Below are positions 38,300 to 53,099 of a stretch of DNA of 64,000 nucleotides, piece after piece. Where the stretch lies: positions 40,982,001 to 41,046,000 of the forward strand of contig NC_043003.1 of assembly GCF_006345805.1 (NCBI RefSeq). The letters are read 5' to 3'. Made by a program: the position numbers and the translations under genes. The notes beneath the pieces are model-generated. The model searched no databases. It worked only from the letters and a program-made list of their open reading frames with translations, and was not told the origin of the DNA. The DNA comes from Octopus sinensis. Its lineage: Eukaryota. The first letter of the stretch is position 1. Every line of letters starts with the position of its first letter.

Positions 38300-39110
38300 C
38301 TTCAATGAGCCACTGGCATAGATCATGCATTTATGGCCTTAATGAAGATCTCTCCATTCAATTTTATACTCCAGTGGTTTTCTCTCATTTCTCCTTCAAT
38401 TATCTTATCATCCTGCCACACTCCCAGATATGTGTATCCCTCATTGTTCCACAGTGATCTAACGAAGGTGTCCCGTGACTGTTTCATGGTATCAAGTTTA
38501 CGTTCTTCTCTCTCTTCATAATTAGCACTGCGTATTTACATAACGTACACTGCATTCCAATATGTTTAATGTATATGTTTACTGTGCCTGAATCAAAAAA
38601 TCCCAGTCTGTCTCATGTTTTGTATATAGCTTGTGGACATCCATATAAAGTAGGGGATTTATTTTCATCTTGGTTTTGGTAAACACATCGGCAGGCCAGG
38701 ATTTTCTCCGTATACTCGTCAGAAACATTAACACGATGACGAAGAATAATAGAGAAATAGAGAGACTCTTTGGGAAATACCTTTGCGAATTTTCGCGTTA
38801 TCCAGCCGTTTAATTGCCCATGTCAGTTCTACTTCACACACTCACTTTACTTTTTCCAAATAGATTTTTTTATATTGTCAGTGACTCCAAGCGTCATCAG
38901 ACTCTCCAAGAGCCAGCTGTCTGAGTTAGCGTCGTAAGCCTTCTTGTAATATATCCAGCCAACAGCTAAATTCTATCTTACTTGTACCTTATTTAATATA
39001 CTGCTATCTATATTTTCCCTTGGATTTCTTTCTACATCCTTTTTGCTCCGCTGGCAGCAGATTCTCCATTTCGAGAAAATTATGTAATTTAAATGCTATG
39101 AAGCCAGTTA
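38300..39110 (-). mobile_element. Old degenerate R4/Dong RT fragment
   Basis: Minus-strand pieces LLPAEQKG, WIYYKKAYD, KIRKGISQ, KINPLLYMDVHKLY, EGYTYLG and IKAINA are collinear with the 26-28 kb element. Confidence 0.75.
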
Positions 39111-39759
39111 GTAGTTTCTAGAGTAATGACAAAAACGTAATAGGTCTATAATTTATCACTTTCCCCTTCTTTTCTTTACTCTTCTGAATCAGCACTGCCC
39201 TTCCTTTTGTCCTCCATGTTGGTGTTACATATTCTATGCAGTCAGTAAAAAATGGTCATATTTAACTGTGTATAATATTTGCGAAAACAAAAACATACAT
39301 AAATCCAACCATCCATATATCTATCCATCCATACATCTATATATCCATACATACTAGCATGCGTATATATACATATATACATACATATATAACGCATGCA
39401 TGCATAGTTGCATGCATGCATAGTTGCATGCATGCATACATGATGATTGATGATTGATGCTTCATCTTGACAGATGATATCCGTTCCATTACCACACTCA
39501 CCACACCCCATCACACAGCGCAACCATCCCGTTGATGAGCCCTTACGTGACTTTTCAGACCAGCTGAAGACAGGGTTTAAAACAAAAGTAACATATTATT
39601 CAAGTTTCTTCTATATCTTTGCCGTTTAGAATCTGATTCTGAAGAAACGTTTTTGTGAACTAGAACATGTCTTTAAATTCCAGATATTGTCTTGCAGGTT
39701 TTTTGACATATGACACAAGTCATAAGAGGCGGTTGGTGTCAAATATCATTAACTATCTT

Positions 39760-41810
39760 GCCATTACTATTTTCATGTGACTTCGTATGGTTCATGTATC
39801 CTACTTTTGACAACAACACGGCCACATACAATACATGTCAAATGTTTACGGTTGATTACAGTTCCCATTATTCTTTTGCGACAAGCCCTTTTAAGTTCAG
39901 GGTGCTGAATCATCTTCTCCTCCCAGGCATTGCAACCAGTCCTTACAGCACCTCTCCACTTGTTCCGATCTAGAACATCATTTTCCCAATCGCTTTTGTA
40001 CATATCTAGTTTCTACAGGTTTTCTTTCACACAGTCATTATACCATTTCCTTGGCTTATGTTGTGGTCGATTACCAGATTTGAGCTCGGCATAAAAAGGA
40101 CACTTTGGCAAACGCTCGTCTTTCATTCTAATAACATGTCTAGTCCATCTCATTTGAGCCAAGATAACATATTGTTCAATTGAGATGCAACGTGCCATGC
40201 GCAAAAACTCTGTGCCTGGTATGAAACATTCCAACTTGACTCGTAAGATACGTCTGAGGCACTTTTGATGAAATCTCTCCAACACTTTTATATAACGTTT
40301 GTAAGTGGTCCATGTGTCACTTGAATAAAGAAGTGCAGAAAATACACATGCTTTATAGACACTGATTTTTTTCTGCAGGGAAATACCTCTGTCCGCCCAT
40401 GCTCGCTTTTCGAGGTTTCCGATTGCAACACTTCCCTTTTCGATTGTATATCTCTGCATCAAGACTATCATCTATTGACAGTATGCTTCCTAGGTAAACA
40501 AAGGTGTCAACGACTTCTAACCTTGTTCCATTCACAGAAATGTTTGGTTTAAAATATGTTTGTCCTAGCACGGGAGTAAACATTACTTTGGTTTCCCCAG
40601 ACTAACTGTGAATCTGAATTGTACACATGCAGTGAAAAATCTATCCATTAAATGTTGCCTATCCTCCTCTGTATCATCAGTGTAAAGTAATTGTCCAAAA
40701 GTATTTTGAAAGTCTTTGCTTTGCAGTTAAACCGGGTCAAATTAAAAATACGACCAGATGTCTGAAATCTGATTCCGATTGCTCTGTTGCAATCCTTGAA
40801 AGTATACCAAAGTGATGCTGCAAAATAAATAGAGAAAAGTGTAGGGATAGGAATATCTCCCTGTTTAACACCGTTGTTTACCGAAAATTTATGAGATAGC
40901 TCAACATTAAGGACTACTTGAGCTTTCATGTTTCTGTGTGATTCCTAAAAGACGCTTACAAAATGTGTTGGGCAACCAAGTTTGCACAAAACAATCCACA
41001 GTGCTTTCCTGTTTACCATGTCAAATACCTTTGTTAAATCTATGAAAACATGGTGTAGTGGCATTTGTTCCTCTAAGCATTTCTCTTGAACCTACCTCAA
41101 CAGAAAATATCATGTCCATTGTTCCTCGCTCAGGTCTGAAACCACACTGTTCTTCAGGAATAACTTGTGGACACCACACATTCTCTACAAGACAATTTAA
41201 CAAACATGATTCTTGAAAGCATCTTCCCGATATGTATCAGGAAAGTTATCCCTCTAGAATTACCACACACTGCTTTTGGGCCCTTACCCTTGTATACAGA
41301 GATTAGATTGCCATTTATCCATTCTTGTATGATCCCCACCAGATTTCAGAATTTCAACTGGAATACCATCCAATCCGAGTTTTACCTCATCTCACTTTAC
41401 ATAATGCCAAATTTACTTCTTCAATGAAAGATGTAGCGTTCAGGTGTTGCACTATCACTCTTTGCGGAATGTTGTTTATGGTATCCATGTTCACTACAGA
41501 CCGATTGTGGAAAAGTTCTGCAAATTGTTCTCTCCATCTATTCATTATTCCAGGTGGATCTATAATAACCTCATTTCCATCTTTAGACTTCAAGGGAACA
41601 TATGATGATGAAGATTGCGGTCTAAAAGCTTGCCGCAATAAACTATAGAAATTTTTATTGTCTTTCCTGTCATAGGCTGCCTGTACTTCCTCAGAGAAAT
41701 TTCTCCACCAAGTGTCTTTAAGCCTCCTGAGTTCTTTTAGTCAGTCTCTTTCCTGAGACTTGTACAACTTTTCTAGTTGCACTGTGTTTTTAGTGGGCCT
41801 TTTGTTGCTA
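39760..41810 (-). mobile_element. 5'-truncated degenerate RTE-clade LINE
   Basis: Pieces RWREQFAELF, KGKGPKAVCGNSRGI, EEQCGFRPERGTMDMIF, GVKQGD..PTLFSIY, FVYLGS, ERFHQKCLRRIL, MRWTRHVIRMKDERLPK...YAEL, DRNKWR and a terminal CIVCGR zinc-finger start; many frameshifts. Confidence 0.88.
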
Positions 41811-43432
41811 AAAGCTCATTTATCATTGTATCATTGGAATCAAACCAGAGGAGACAGCATGCATACATACATGCATGCATCTCTGCCATGATTATCTTTG
41901 AGTAAATATAGAAACAAATGTTTTAGAGAAGATCGTATCAGTAATTGAACAGTGAAAGCTAGTTATTGCATACCACGTGGAAAATTACTATACATACCCC
42001 ATGGCGAAGGACAAAAATTCCGGAGTCATCTGCCACAGATTGTGGAACTAACAAGATATCCAGTGAACTTTCAGACAGAGCCAAAACCTATACCAATTAT
42101 AGGGAAAGGCTTGGGAAGATTCCTCGATAGACTGCCTGAAGAATGTTGGGATAAAAAATACCAAACACTCTCAAACTACGTCCTACCGTACATACCGACA
42201 CTTGCATACATATAGCATTTAGATATGTACGTCTGCGTGTATGTGTGTGTGCTTTCATTTGGCAGAGGATACTTCTTACAAAGCGTCATTATCGAAGAGG
42301 GAGCCATGTGGTCTCGAATCAAATTTCTGGTCCAAATAGACAAGTATATAGAAATGCAGTCTGTGATATATACAGAGACACAGACAGATATATATATATA
42401 TCTATACATATAAATATGTTTGCATACTTACGTACATATACATACGTATACATACATATATATATATATATGTATGTACCTATGTATATATCTATATACG
42501 AGTATGTTTGAGTGTGTGTGTATAGATAAATTTAAAGAGAGTAAGAGAGAGAGAGAAGAAGAAGAAGAAGCAGAAAACTATCTGAGTCGCAATCTTTTTA
42601 AAGCAAGTAGTTTCATGAACTGTTGCGTTAAATGTAGATCTAGATGAAATTATGAGAAAAATCCGTTTACATATATTTTGTTAAGAAGCATTGCGGGTTT
42701 GAGACTTACAGCTGTGATATGACAAAGTTACGTCTACACCGGATTAACAATGTTAACATTACATTTGTTACTTAATGCAAGAGATAAGATATATATGCCA
42801 GATTTTCGGAGAATGGTAAATATTTGTGGAGTTGCCAAATAAGTTCATTAAAAAGAAAATTCTTTCTTGAACATAAACGGTCAAACGGCTAATAGCATTT
42901 TCGTGACACAAGTGTATCTCTATGACGTTGCAAACACATTTTAACCTGAGAAATTTCCTAATACTATCGTGGAAAGAGTAAGACTCTCAAAGCTATAATA
43001 TTGATTTTTTTTCGCTATCACCTACCTAGAGAGAAGAAAATATAATAAAAATACAGCAGGAAAATAAGCTTGATAATATATACACAACAGGAAACGCTGA
43101 AAAACTCTTCTAAAATAGTGGTCTGTGATAGCGTCGTACAAAGCATAAATATTCATTCAGTTGAAGTAAAAAATTGTCGGCTTCCAAAGAAAATTCATAG
43201 CTTTCCTACAGATATATGGTTGATGGGATGGCTTATTGATAAAGAACTTTGGTTTGCAATCACGCAGCTCTCGGTTCTAACACACACAATAGTAGCTTAG
43301 ATAAATTACTTTTCCCATTGCCTCGTATTGAACAGTACATTTTGATTAGTGTTCGGTTAAATCATATAGAAACAAGTCACGCATTTATACATAAATAAGT
43401 ACACACACACACATACACACACACACACACAC

Positions 43433-43503
<71 letters not shown>

Positions 43504-44214
43504 TTGTTTCTTTCGAAAAATTATTTTACACAATTGCTTGGAATTGCTCAAGTCGAACCCGAGACGTTAGACATTATATAACTTGGTATAAGAAGAGACG
43601 TTTTATATTTATTATGGACATCCACATTATAAGTACATATAACATATAATTACATCAAGACACGAACATATTTGTTACGTGTTTCAAACGTGTTTAAGTT
43701 GTTTCAAACACGATAGTTGATTGAAAGTATGTATTCTTAAATGTATTACTATTATTATTATTATTAATATTTCACCTTTAAATTGTATATAGTGAATAAT
43801 TGTTTACATGATAGATATATGTTCATTAGAGTACGGAAAAAATAAACAGAAGTTATTTCTTGCTCAAAGTCTTACAAATGAAAAAAATTATAGTTTTTTT
43901 TTTGTGTTGCATATTAATTTAGAATTATGAAAATATATATATATAAACACACAAGTAGAATTTTCATGGCCCCAGTATCAATTCCTGTGTAAATTAGTCA
44001 AGTGTATTCACTCAATTTTACAAATTTTGATAACGTGCCCGGAATCTAAGAAAAGAACGCATTTAGATCTACATATGCATGTTAAAAGCAAGTAACTTCA
44101 ATGAAGTGTTTATCAGCTCTTATCAAAATGATATTACATACATTTACAAGTACATGCACGTAATTAGAATGTTTACCCCACTCTGCCACGCATGTCGCAT
44201 ACGGCACACACACA

Positions 44215-44293
<79 letters not shown>

Positions 44294-44577
44294 TATACAA
44301 AAGAGCTACTAATAATTTCATCCTATTATGATACTTGAACAGGCATATTTATAAAATACGCCATGTATCTTAAAGAAATCTTTCAGTCTCTGTTTATGCG
44401 TTATATATAATTTTTTGAACAAGGAAGTGGGTCAGTGAGAAATTAAGAAAAAGCGTGGAACATAACGTGAAGGTTGGTGCAAATAAAGGAGGGAGAAAAC
44501 TGAAACGAAACCAAGAATTACGATATACATGTGTATGTGTAGGTGTGTGTGAGCACATATATATCGTTTCCATCATT

Positions 44578-44758
44578 AGACTGTCGCCATGCTGGGCTAC
44601 GGCCTTAAAATTTGTAGTCAAACTGATCCTCCCCAGTATTTCTTTTCCCAAACATTAAAAAAAACCAACACTGGTTGTCAAGCTGTAGTAGCCAGAAACA
44701 TACACACACAAACACATACACACACACACACACTCGCTCTTTCTCTCTTTCTCTCACA

Positions 44759-44807
<49 letters not shown>

Positions 44808-44975
44808 GTACGATGTGCTTCTTGCAGTTCTGTCTACCAAATCCACTCACAAGCGTTTAATCCGCCCGGTGCTGTAATAAAAGATACTTGTCCAAGATTC
44901 CACACTGTTGGACTGAACTTGGTACCGTATGGTTGGAAGCAGATTTCTAACGGCACGAACACTCTTACTCCTATA
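44578..44975 (-). mobile_element. Diverged copy of the 33281 SINE family
   Basis: TCTACCAAATCCACTCACAAG...ATACTTGTCCAAG...GGACTGAAC, reverse complement of the 33281 head and core; internal (CA)n. Confidence 0.75.
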
Positions 44976-45879
44976 TGACACAGAATAAATGTTTTCTAGT
45001 ATGTTTATATAAATTACAACATTTGCCGAAGTGATACAAATAAGGAGAAATACAAATACTCATTTTTACTCATGAAATATGCAAGCACTTTAGATACGGA
45101 AACAAACTGCATAAATTTTAACTGTACTCTATTCCATAATATACAAACAACAACCAAACATCATTAATATAAACAGAAAAACAGTGCTATCAACACCAAC
45201 CTAAGTGGAGCATTAAAACAAGTGAAAGAAAAAAGTTCATGCATTATAATTTCTTCCGAAATTGTAGGGTAATTTCCATATTATTAGTTCAAATTCTGTA
45301 AACGTGTGGAAAAGCGTGTGTGACATTTGTTTATCAAATATATTGCCTAAAATATTTCTTTCTCTCGAGAAGTATTGGAAGAAGGAAGTACAAGTGAAAC
45401 CAATTCACAGAGCAGTTTTCGATTCCAGTCTATTATAGATGAAAACTAATTCTTTGATATTATCATATTTAGATGAGAGGGTTGCTCATTTCACTAACTA
45501 AAGATGCGAAGGAGACTTGAGGGTACTTGAATATCAGTATATTACTCTCTTCAGATCAATTAAAATGTTTTTATTTATTTCAGCTATATTGCTAACAAAA
45601 AGAAATGAAATTTCATGCATTCATTGTTATTATATGTGTTGGAACATAGAAATTCAGAACTTGCCAACGTTTTAAAAGTTGCAAGATCTTTTGTACAAAA
45701 TACTCAGGTGGAAGTGAAAAAGTTTGGCAGGGATTTTTCAACTGTATCCAAGAAAAAAAAATCCCATTCTAAATGTTCGGACCTTGTAAAGACACCGCCA
45801 TTCACTTAACATACTGAAAACATGATGATCTCGTAAAATCAATTAGGGCCATCGCCAAAGTACCGCAGGTATCGGACTA

Positions 45880-46530
45880 GACTAATAGTTGACTAATAGG
45901 ACGAGGACATTCGATAGAAGTCATATGTGGGAGAGACCAATTTCTGTCTACAAGACATGGGAAAACAGTTTGATCCGTATAAGGCAGTTACGTATGAGGT
46001 TAAAAATCCTCAAAAATTTGGCGTGCTTTGTTTCTTCTCTGATGACAAAAATTTCGACCATGATCAAAACTCTAAAAGGGAAAATGACAGATGGTTTTAT
46101 GCAGATAGTTATTATGTCCCAAGAGCGCAGCACAACTCTCATCGTTTCACAGGATTTAAAACCTGTGCTGTTCATGTGCTGGAGGTTATTGTTAAACACT
46201 GTGAGGATGAAGTACGAAGTGGAAGGCCATACATAGTTCAACAAAACTCCGCGCCTTCTCGCAGTGCTCACGTAATCGAAGAATGGATATGACACAATAT
46301 CTACGATAATTTAATACCAACCTTGTGGCCTACTATCTCATTATAATTTGACCCCATAGCCTACTACATTTGAAGCATTGTTGAAAGAGAGAGTAATCTA
46401 AATCCTCTTAATACCTTAAAGGCTGCCGTTAACTAGGTGATGTGCGAAGTGAATAAGGAATGTGTAGTGCAAGCACGTTAGTGACTCTGGTCTTCAGTGA
46501 CGCATGATGCAGTCATCGATGCTGAACGCA
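45880..46530 (+). mobile_element. Degenerate Tc1/mariner transposase remnant
   Basis: FFSDDKNFDHDQ...NDRW, GRPYIVQQNSAPS...EWI and a WP....FDPIAYYI-like end, matching the DDD catalytic region. Confidence 0.7.
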
Positions 46531-46901
46531 GATGCATGGAAGAATTTGTCAAGAAAGCTTATGGAGATTTTTTTTATCTAAATACATTTGGCTTTCCCTA
46601 GGTTCTAGTTGCTTTATTAGATTATCAAATATATCCTCAAATACCACTATATGAGAATTAACAGCTCAAGATATAGCGGTAATATTGTTTGGTTTCATTC
46701 ATCTATGACTTACTCTGAGCTGTATTATTATGTGGAATTCTGGATATCAGTTGATATCTAGAAAAACCATGCCTCGTTGTATATTTATCAATAACGGTAC
46801 GTGTGTGTAAACATACATATATACATCCGTACATAATACATAAATACATGCATGCATGTATACATACATATATGCACACACACACACATATATATATTTC
46901 T

Positions 46902-47128
46902 TTACTACCCACAAGGGGCTAAACACAGAGGGGACAAACAGGGACAGACAAAAGGATTAAGTCAATAATATCGACCCCAGTGCGTCACTGGTACTTAATT
47001 TATCGACCCCGAAAGGATGAAAGGCAAAGTCAACCTCGGCGGAATTTGAACTCAGAACGTAACGGCAGACGAAATACGGCTACGCATTTCGCCCGACGTG
47101 CTAACGTTTCTGCCAGCTCACTGTCTTG
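46902..47128 (-). mobile_element. Full-length tRNA-derived SINE (octopus-type)
   Basis: Highly similar to 5409-5627. Confidence 0.9.
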
Positions 47129-48105
47129 AAACACACATATATATAATGAGAGAGAGAGAAACAGAAAGAGAGTGAGAGAGGGTTCGCTGCAAGAATGTCA
47201 CACCATAAAATGAGCAGCAGTGAAAATCCACAAGGATTCCCAACAATGAGGCGCTTGTTGTATCAAAGGTCACCATTTATCTTGACACCTTAGAAATACT
47301 GAGTGCAACAGATTGAGAGTCTCCTGCACTTCACTTTCAGCATATGGTACAAACATTTCGCAGCTACAAGTAAAATCTAATCATTTCAGCTAAAGGAGAA
47401 ACATTAAAAATCGAGTGTATTCCCCTACACACACTCACACGTACACACGCATACACACATATATATATACATATATAATACACACATATAATTATGTGCA
47501 CACACACACATATATAATATATATACGTGTATGTGTATGTATTGTATGTACAGGTGCGTGTGTTCGTGTACGTTTGTGTGTATATACAATGCGTTAATTG
47601 ATGCAGAAGTCATTGATAACTTAGGGTTATCGGTGTTTACACTTCATTAGGTCAATTAGGTGTACACTTGCATATATTTCAGATTTATTGCAATCTGATA
47701 AACAACACCTATGTAAAGTATGGGCGGCTAAGATTGTGTAAAATATGTGCAATGTGTGTCAGTGTGGCAAATAAGAAACATGGCCTCATACGTTAGCGCC
47801 AGCAAGTCTAGATACGAACACAGGTAACTCTATATACTTAAACACACATACACTGTACTATGCTAATATACATATGTATGTATATATGTGCTTATTCTAT
47901 CAATCTGCCTCTCTATCTTTATGTATGTGTGTGTGTGTGTGTTTGTTGTGAACTGATAATACTTATATGCCAATAGCTAATACCGATCTAATTTACTTCA
48001 AAATAATGGTAGCAAATAACATTTTAATGGAAGTTTTCATGAATATATATATATATATATAAACATACTTATATACTTATATATATATATAAACATACTT
48101 ATATA

Positions 48106-48140
<35 letters not shown>

Positions 48141-48309
48141 ATACTTCGTTTTTCACATATGTGCTTGTCTTTGACAACACTGCATAATGTGTGTAATTGC
48201 TTGCAAACAGAAAAAAATTCAGTACCAACCCATGTACAAGCACAAGCGCACACAGATACACACATCTGTTTGTGCGCATATGTCTGAATACCTATATGTA
48301 TATATATAT

Positions 48310-48610
48310 ATAAACACCGGTGCATATGTATTTATGTATGGACGTTCGTATATGTAAGTATATCGTTTGTTCTGCATATATATATCTGTATTTATGTACT
48401 CTTGATATATTCAACCGATGACGGTAAAGCTTATTTAAAGCAAACCCAGAAATCCTGGATCTTGAATTATTCAATAATTTTTGCTTGTATATTTTGTCCC
48501 TCTGTCTTATCTCATGGTGCGATACAAACACTTAACGTGGTTTTTATAGTCAGAGTTTCGACTGCTATTTCGGCATGCTGGTGTCTCTTAGACACCCTCA
48601 TTTTTAATTG
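48310..48610 (+). mobile_element. Short (TA)n-flanked element with a hammerhead-like motif
   Basis: Unique-looking 300 bp between two (TA)n tracts, containing the motif at 48409-48467. Confidence 0.5.
48409..48467 (+). ncRNA. Degenerate type I hammerhead-like motif
   Basis: ATTCAA-CCGATGA-CGGT...ACCCA-GAAA-TCCTGGA-TC-TTGAAT. Perfect 6-bp stem I, quasi-palindromic stem III, AUC triplet; U4 replaced by C and weak stem II. Confidence 0.5.
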
Positions 48611-48974
48611 TTATATATATATATATATATATATATAGATATAGATATAGATACACACACACACACACACACACATACATATATATATTTATATATATAT
48701 GTAAGTGCGTATGTATACATATATATACACCTGTACAAAATAGTTTTTATCATTAATTCATCCTTTCAGTCGTCCAACTTCGACGTATAGGCTTTAGTAC
48801 TGTAGTAGGTGCGTATGTCAGCTACACCTAATATCCACTTAGCTTTTACACTTCTTGGATCGGAACAGAAAATACCGTAAGACCTCCTACCATCACATTC
48901 GTTCTCCCGATTTATCTCATTTGTAAAATAAGTATTTCCATTTTTACGGTTCATCTGTCAACGGTTCATATTCC

Positions 48975-49225
48975 ACCCTTAGATTTTCCTTTTCCCGCCC
49001 CCCATGATTACGATACAACCTATACTGCATGCTTCTTCTTTAACTGCTTCTCTCTCTCTCATCACCGCTACGTCATGTTCACCTTGAATATCAACTCTTT
49101 ACCTGCAGTCATCCCTCAATACGAGGACCTCCCTACACTCAAGTGCTTTTTTTAACCACGCACCAGTTCCTATTCCACCAGCTTCACTATTCGCTGCAGA
49201 TCAGAACATACTTAACCTTATTTCA
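48975..49225 (+). mobile_element. Probable Penelope-like RT remnant
   Basis: 49075 onward reads MFTLNINSLPAVIPQYEDLPTLKCFF, resembling the Penelope RT motif FTxDVxSLYTxIPHxxGLxALxxFL; upstream sequence resembles the LPSxIRDTxHAL block. Recognition from memory of the family, not an alignment. Confidence 0.5.
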
Positions 49226-50570
49226 ACTCTGATTTAAACCCAATAGAACATCTGTGGGGTGTTTTGAAAAGGATGGTTGGGGAGAAAAAATAACCCGCAA
49301 CATAACACAGTTGAAAGACATCATCATGATGAATAGAGGTCAATTTTATTAGTTATAATGCAGAAATTTAGTTGAATCTATGCCTAGAAGACTTAATGCA
49401 GCCATTGAAAGCAAGAGCAGTCACAATATAGCGAATAATCCTATCCTTTAGGGTGTATATATTTTTGTATATTTTGAAATTTATATTTCGTTCATATATA
49501 TATATACAAAAATATATATCAGGTGACACGGTAGGCCAAGGCAATACCTTAAACTTTTAATGTGATAAAACCTTAGTCGTCATCTTTGAAGTGTGTTTAG
49601 GGACATTATCATGTTGGAACATGGTATGTCTTCCTAGTTCCTTCATGCTTTTCAACATTGTTTTCTGCAATATGTCACAATAATGCCTTGAATCAATTAT
49701 TCTCTCAATAAATGTGAGTGCTCACTCTCCAGCTGCACTCATGCATCCCCAAAGCATGTTACTTCTACTGCCGTATTTCACGGTAGGCATGGTACATTTG
49801 TCGCTATTATCCTAACCTAGTCCTCGCCATACTTGTTTAATGCCATCTGATCCAAACAAGTTAATTTTAGTCTCGCCAGGAAAAAGAAATATATTTCAAA
49901 ACTCCTCCTTACTCACAGTGGTTTCGGCAAAAGAAAGATGACTTAGCTTATACCTGGTAGTGCGGAGAGGCTTCCTATGAGGAATGCATCTATGAAGACC
50001 ACACAGATTCAAACTCGGCGAACTGTTTGGGCGGATACACTCTTTCCACAAACAGAAAACACTTCTTCGGTCAAAGATGAAGCAGTAGGGCGCCTGTCGA
50101 CCATCATGCAATGTTGGATGTTGCGATTATCACGCACAATTAAAATTGAAGGACGACCTAGTCGATGTTTATTGCTTAGCTGTCCAGTACCTTTGTATCT
50201 CTGAATTACTTTGGCAATTATGTTTACGCTAATAGGTATTCGTTTGCTAATTAACTTGTACCCTAAATAATTCTTGTACAAATTTAAAATAATTTTCTTC
50301 AAATATTCAGACAATTTTCTTTCCTTTTGGTACTATTTTACTCCAAACGAAGAAGATTTTCACCACGGTACACAAATCAGAATTCCTGAAAATGCAATAA
50401 CAATGAGCGGTGCAAAAATGCCAGGAGAAATAATTTATTAGAATTGAAATTATCAGTAATATCTGAATTAGTTAAAAAAAAAGGGGGGGATAAAATATTG
50501 AATATAGCAAATTTCCATTAGGGTGTACATATTTTTGTAACGTTTGAAAATTAATTCGTTCATACAACGT
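49225..50570 (-). mobile_element. Tc1-like element with its 3' third inverted
   Basis: Minus strand 50340-49520: HTH (GRPS...VSAQTVRR), DETKINLFGSDG, TVKYG...LWGCM, FQHDNVPKH, WPTVSPD. Plus strand 49228-49435: DLNPIEHLWGVLK...SMPRRLNAAI. About 50-bp terminal repeats at 49450-49498 and 50520-50568 are in direct orientation. Confidence 0.85.
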
Positions 50571-50689
50571 TTGCATGTGTAATATATTTTATTCATTTTA
50601 AATTTCATTTGATTTCCTTCGATATTATCAGAATAATGGCAATTTTACTGAGATTTTTTAGGGGTATACATATTTCTGTGAGATACTGT

Positions 50690-50756
<67 letters not shown>

Positions 50757-50907
50757 TGTGTGTATGTATATATGTATTTGTACATATATATATATCTAAT
50801 ATAGGGTAAAATTTTTCGAAAAAAATTTTATCAATGGCCAGCATATTAAAAAATACCTTTTAAAGGTTAAATTTATATATATTTATATATATATTCATAT
50901 ATATGTT

Positions 50908-50954
<47 letters not shown>

Positions 50955-52076
50955 ATATATATATATATCAATGTATGTATGTATGTATTACGAGTTGGAT
51001 TATGACTTACATAGTAGAATGATATCGGACTAACGGTCATACTGTAGTGTTCATTTGCGAGTGAGCCCTGTTGTGAGAGAGATTAAGGAAATTCATTCGA
51101 AAATTATTCTGACTATCGAGCTAAGATCCGTACCACCAGAGTGCTTGTGCCACACTCTCTCCCTCCAGCTATTATATCCTGTATGTTCCACTGAGTTATG
51201 TTCGAGGTGGATGTGAGTGTGTTAGCTACTTACAACTACATGAACACCTGAAAGAATTCGCAAAAGTTATTATATACCACAAAGGTATATTCACTTGCGA
51301 GTAATAGGTATGCCTCTTATATGTGTGTGCAGGTGCGTGCTTTGCACGTGTACGTGTGCGTACATATACGCATACACACACACACATATTCATGCATTTG
51401 TAGTTATGCGTGTAATTATCTATCATTGTAATTTTCTCATTTGCTTAAATATATGTGTGTATGTGCGTTTGTTTATCTGTGTATGAGTGGATGTATGAAA
51501 ATGTGTAGTCATACGTGTAATTGTGTATACACAAAATACATTTATGCACACATATATACACGCATTACTATACATATATACATATATATGTGAGTGTGTG
51601 TATGTACGTATGCTTGTATATTTATATTGTTCATATACATCATACGCACACATATAGAGATACATACATTTCCTTTCAACTGGAGATAAATCATCTCTAT
51701 TTGACAGGAAATTTTAATATGTTATAATCCCTCGGTTATCGATTTTATACAATAACTTTTGATGTCAGTTTACTGTTTCACACATGAGTGCGTAAACACA
51801 AACACAAATATACACACATACAAACACATGCGTAGAAAGACATGTGGGGAGGGGAGAGAGAGAGACAATGAAGTTAAAGAGATACACATAGGGAGAGAAA
51901 GAGAGAGAGAGAGAGGGAGAGAGAGAGGGAAGCTCTCATATGCATATATCATATCATTATATGAAATTAAATGAAATAAGAAAAATATGTTTTAAAACAC
52001 TTCGTATCTCTTGTTATGTTTAATATCATATATCTACAGATAATGCTATAATGCTTAATCGTTCTTATTAACAGCG

Positions 52077-52150
<74 letters not shown>

Positions 52151-52164
52151 CACACATATACAGG

Positions 52165-52215
<51 letters not shown>

Positions 52216-53099
52216 ATATATATCCATAACACATTCATGTACATTTGTGATTACATTTGAGTAATTTTTATCTTTTTTTTTCTTGTTACCGAGAATATCA
52301 CCGCCAATATTCTCTATCTCTTAAATAAATTTCCATTATGATGTCAAGATCTCGAATCCCTATCCAATCCTAATTATTCTGGGAAATATTTGTACAGGCT
52401 GCTAATGCAGTTTTACAACTTGTTAAACATCTGCCTTATTTTGTTTTGTTTCATAAAGCACTTGTAATAACCACGCTATTGAACAATGGCCAGTGATACA
52501 ATGGCCAGCACATACATAAACGGTCAACCAATTTAAATACCTCAATTTAATAGTTTATAGACAGCAAATATCAAAGTATTTTAGAAGTTGTTCGTTGCAG
52601 CAATAACTTTATCACTGACCATTTCAGACATGGAACGATAGGCTTATCCACAAAATAGTAACTGTTATTGTTGTTTGACACCGGGTACCCGAAAGCTATG
52701 AACGTTGTATCACTTTGGTTACAGTTACTGATGTCTTCGGTGCAGCTGATCTTGTTAGAGAGATTCTGTCTTCAGTATTGTCACTCTGTACTGTCTTTCA
52801 TGGACATTATAGTTGTAGCGTCCAGTTGTACGTGCGCTGAACACTTGTTCGTTTGTGTGTGCATTGGACACTTCGCAGAATAAAGATTGTCAATGCAATG
52901 ATACAGCGTATCAGTATATCAGCAAGGCACAGTATCAATGTATCAGTTTATTAGCAATGCATTCGTTTTACCATATTATAAGCATTTCTACTTAGAATTG
53001 TATTTTCATGCCTACTGCATTAGATGAGTTAAATCTAAATCATTACTGGGTATTGGGGATAAACGTGACGACTTTTATGTCTCCTTTTTCCATGAACAA

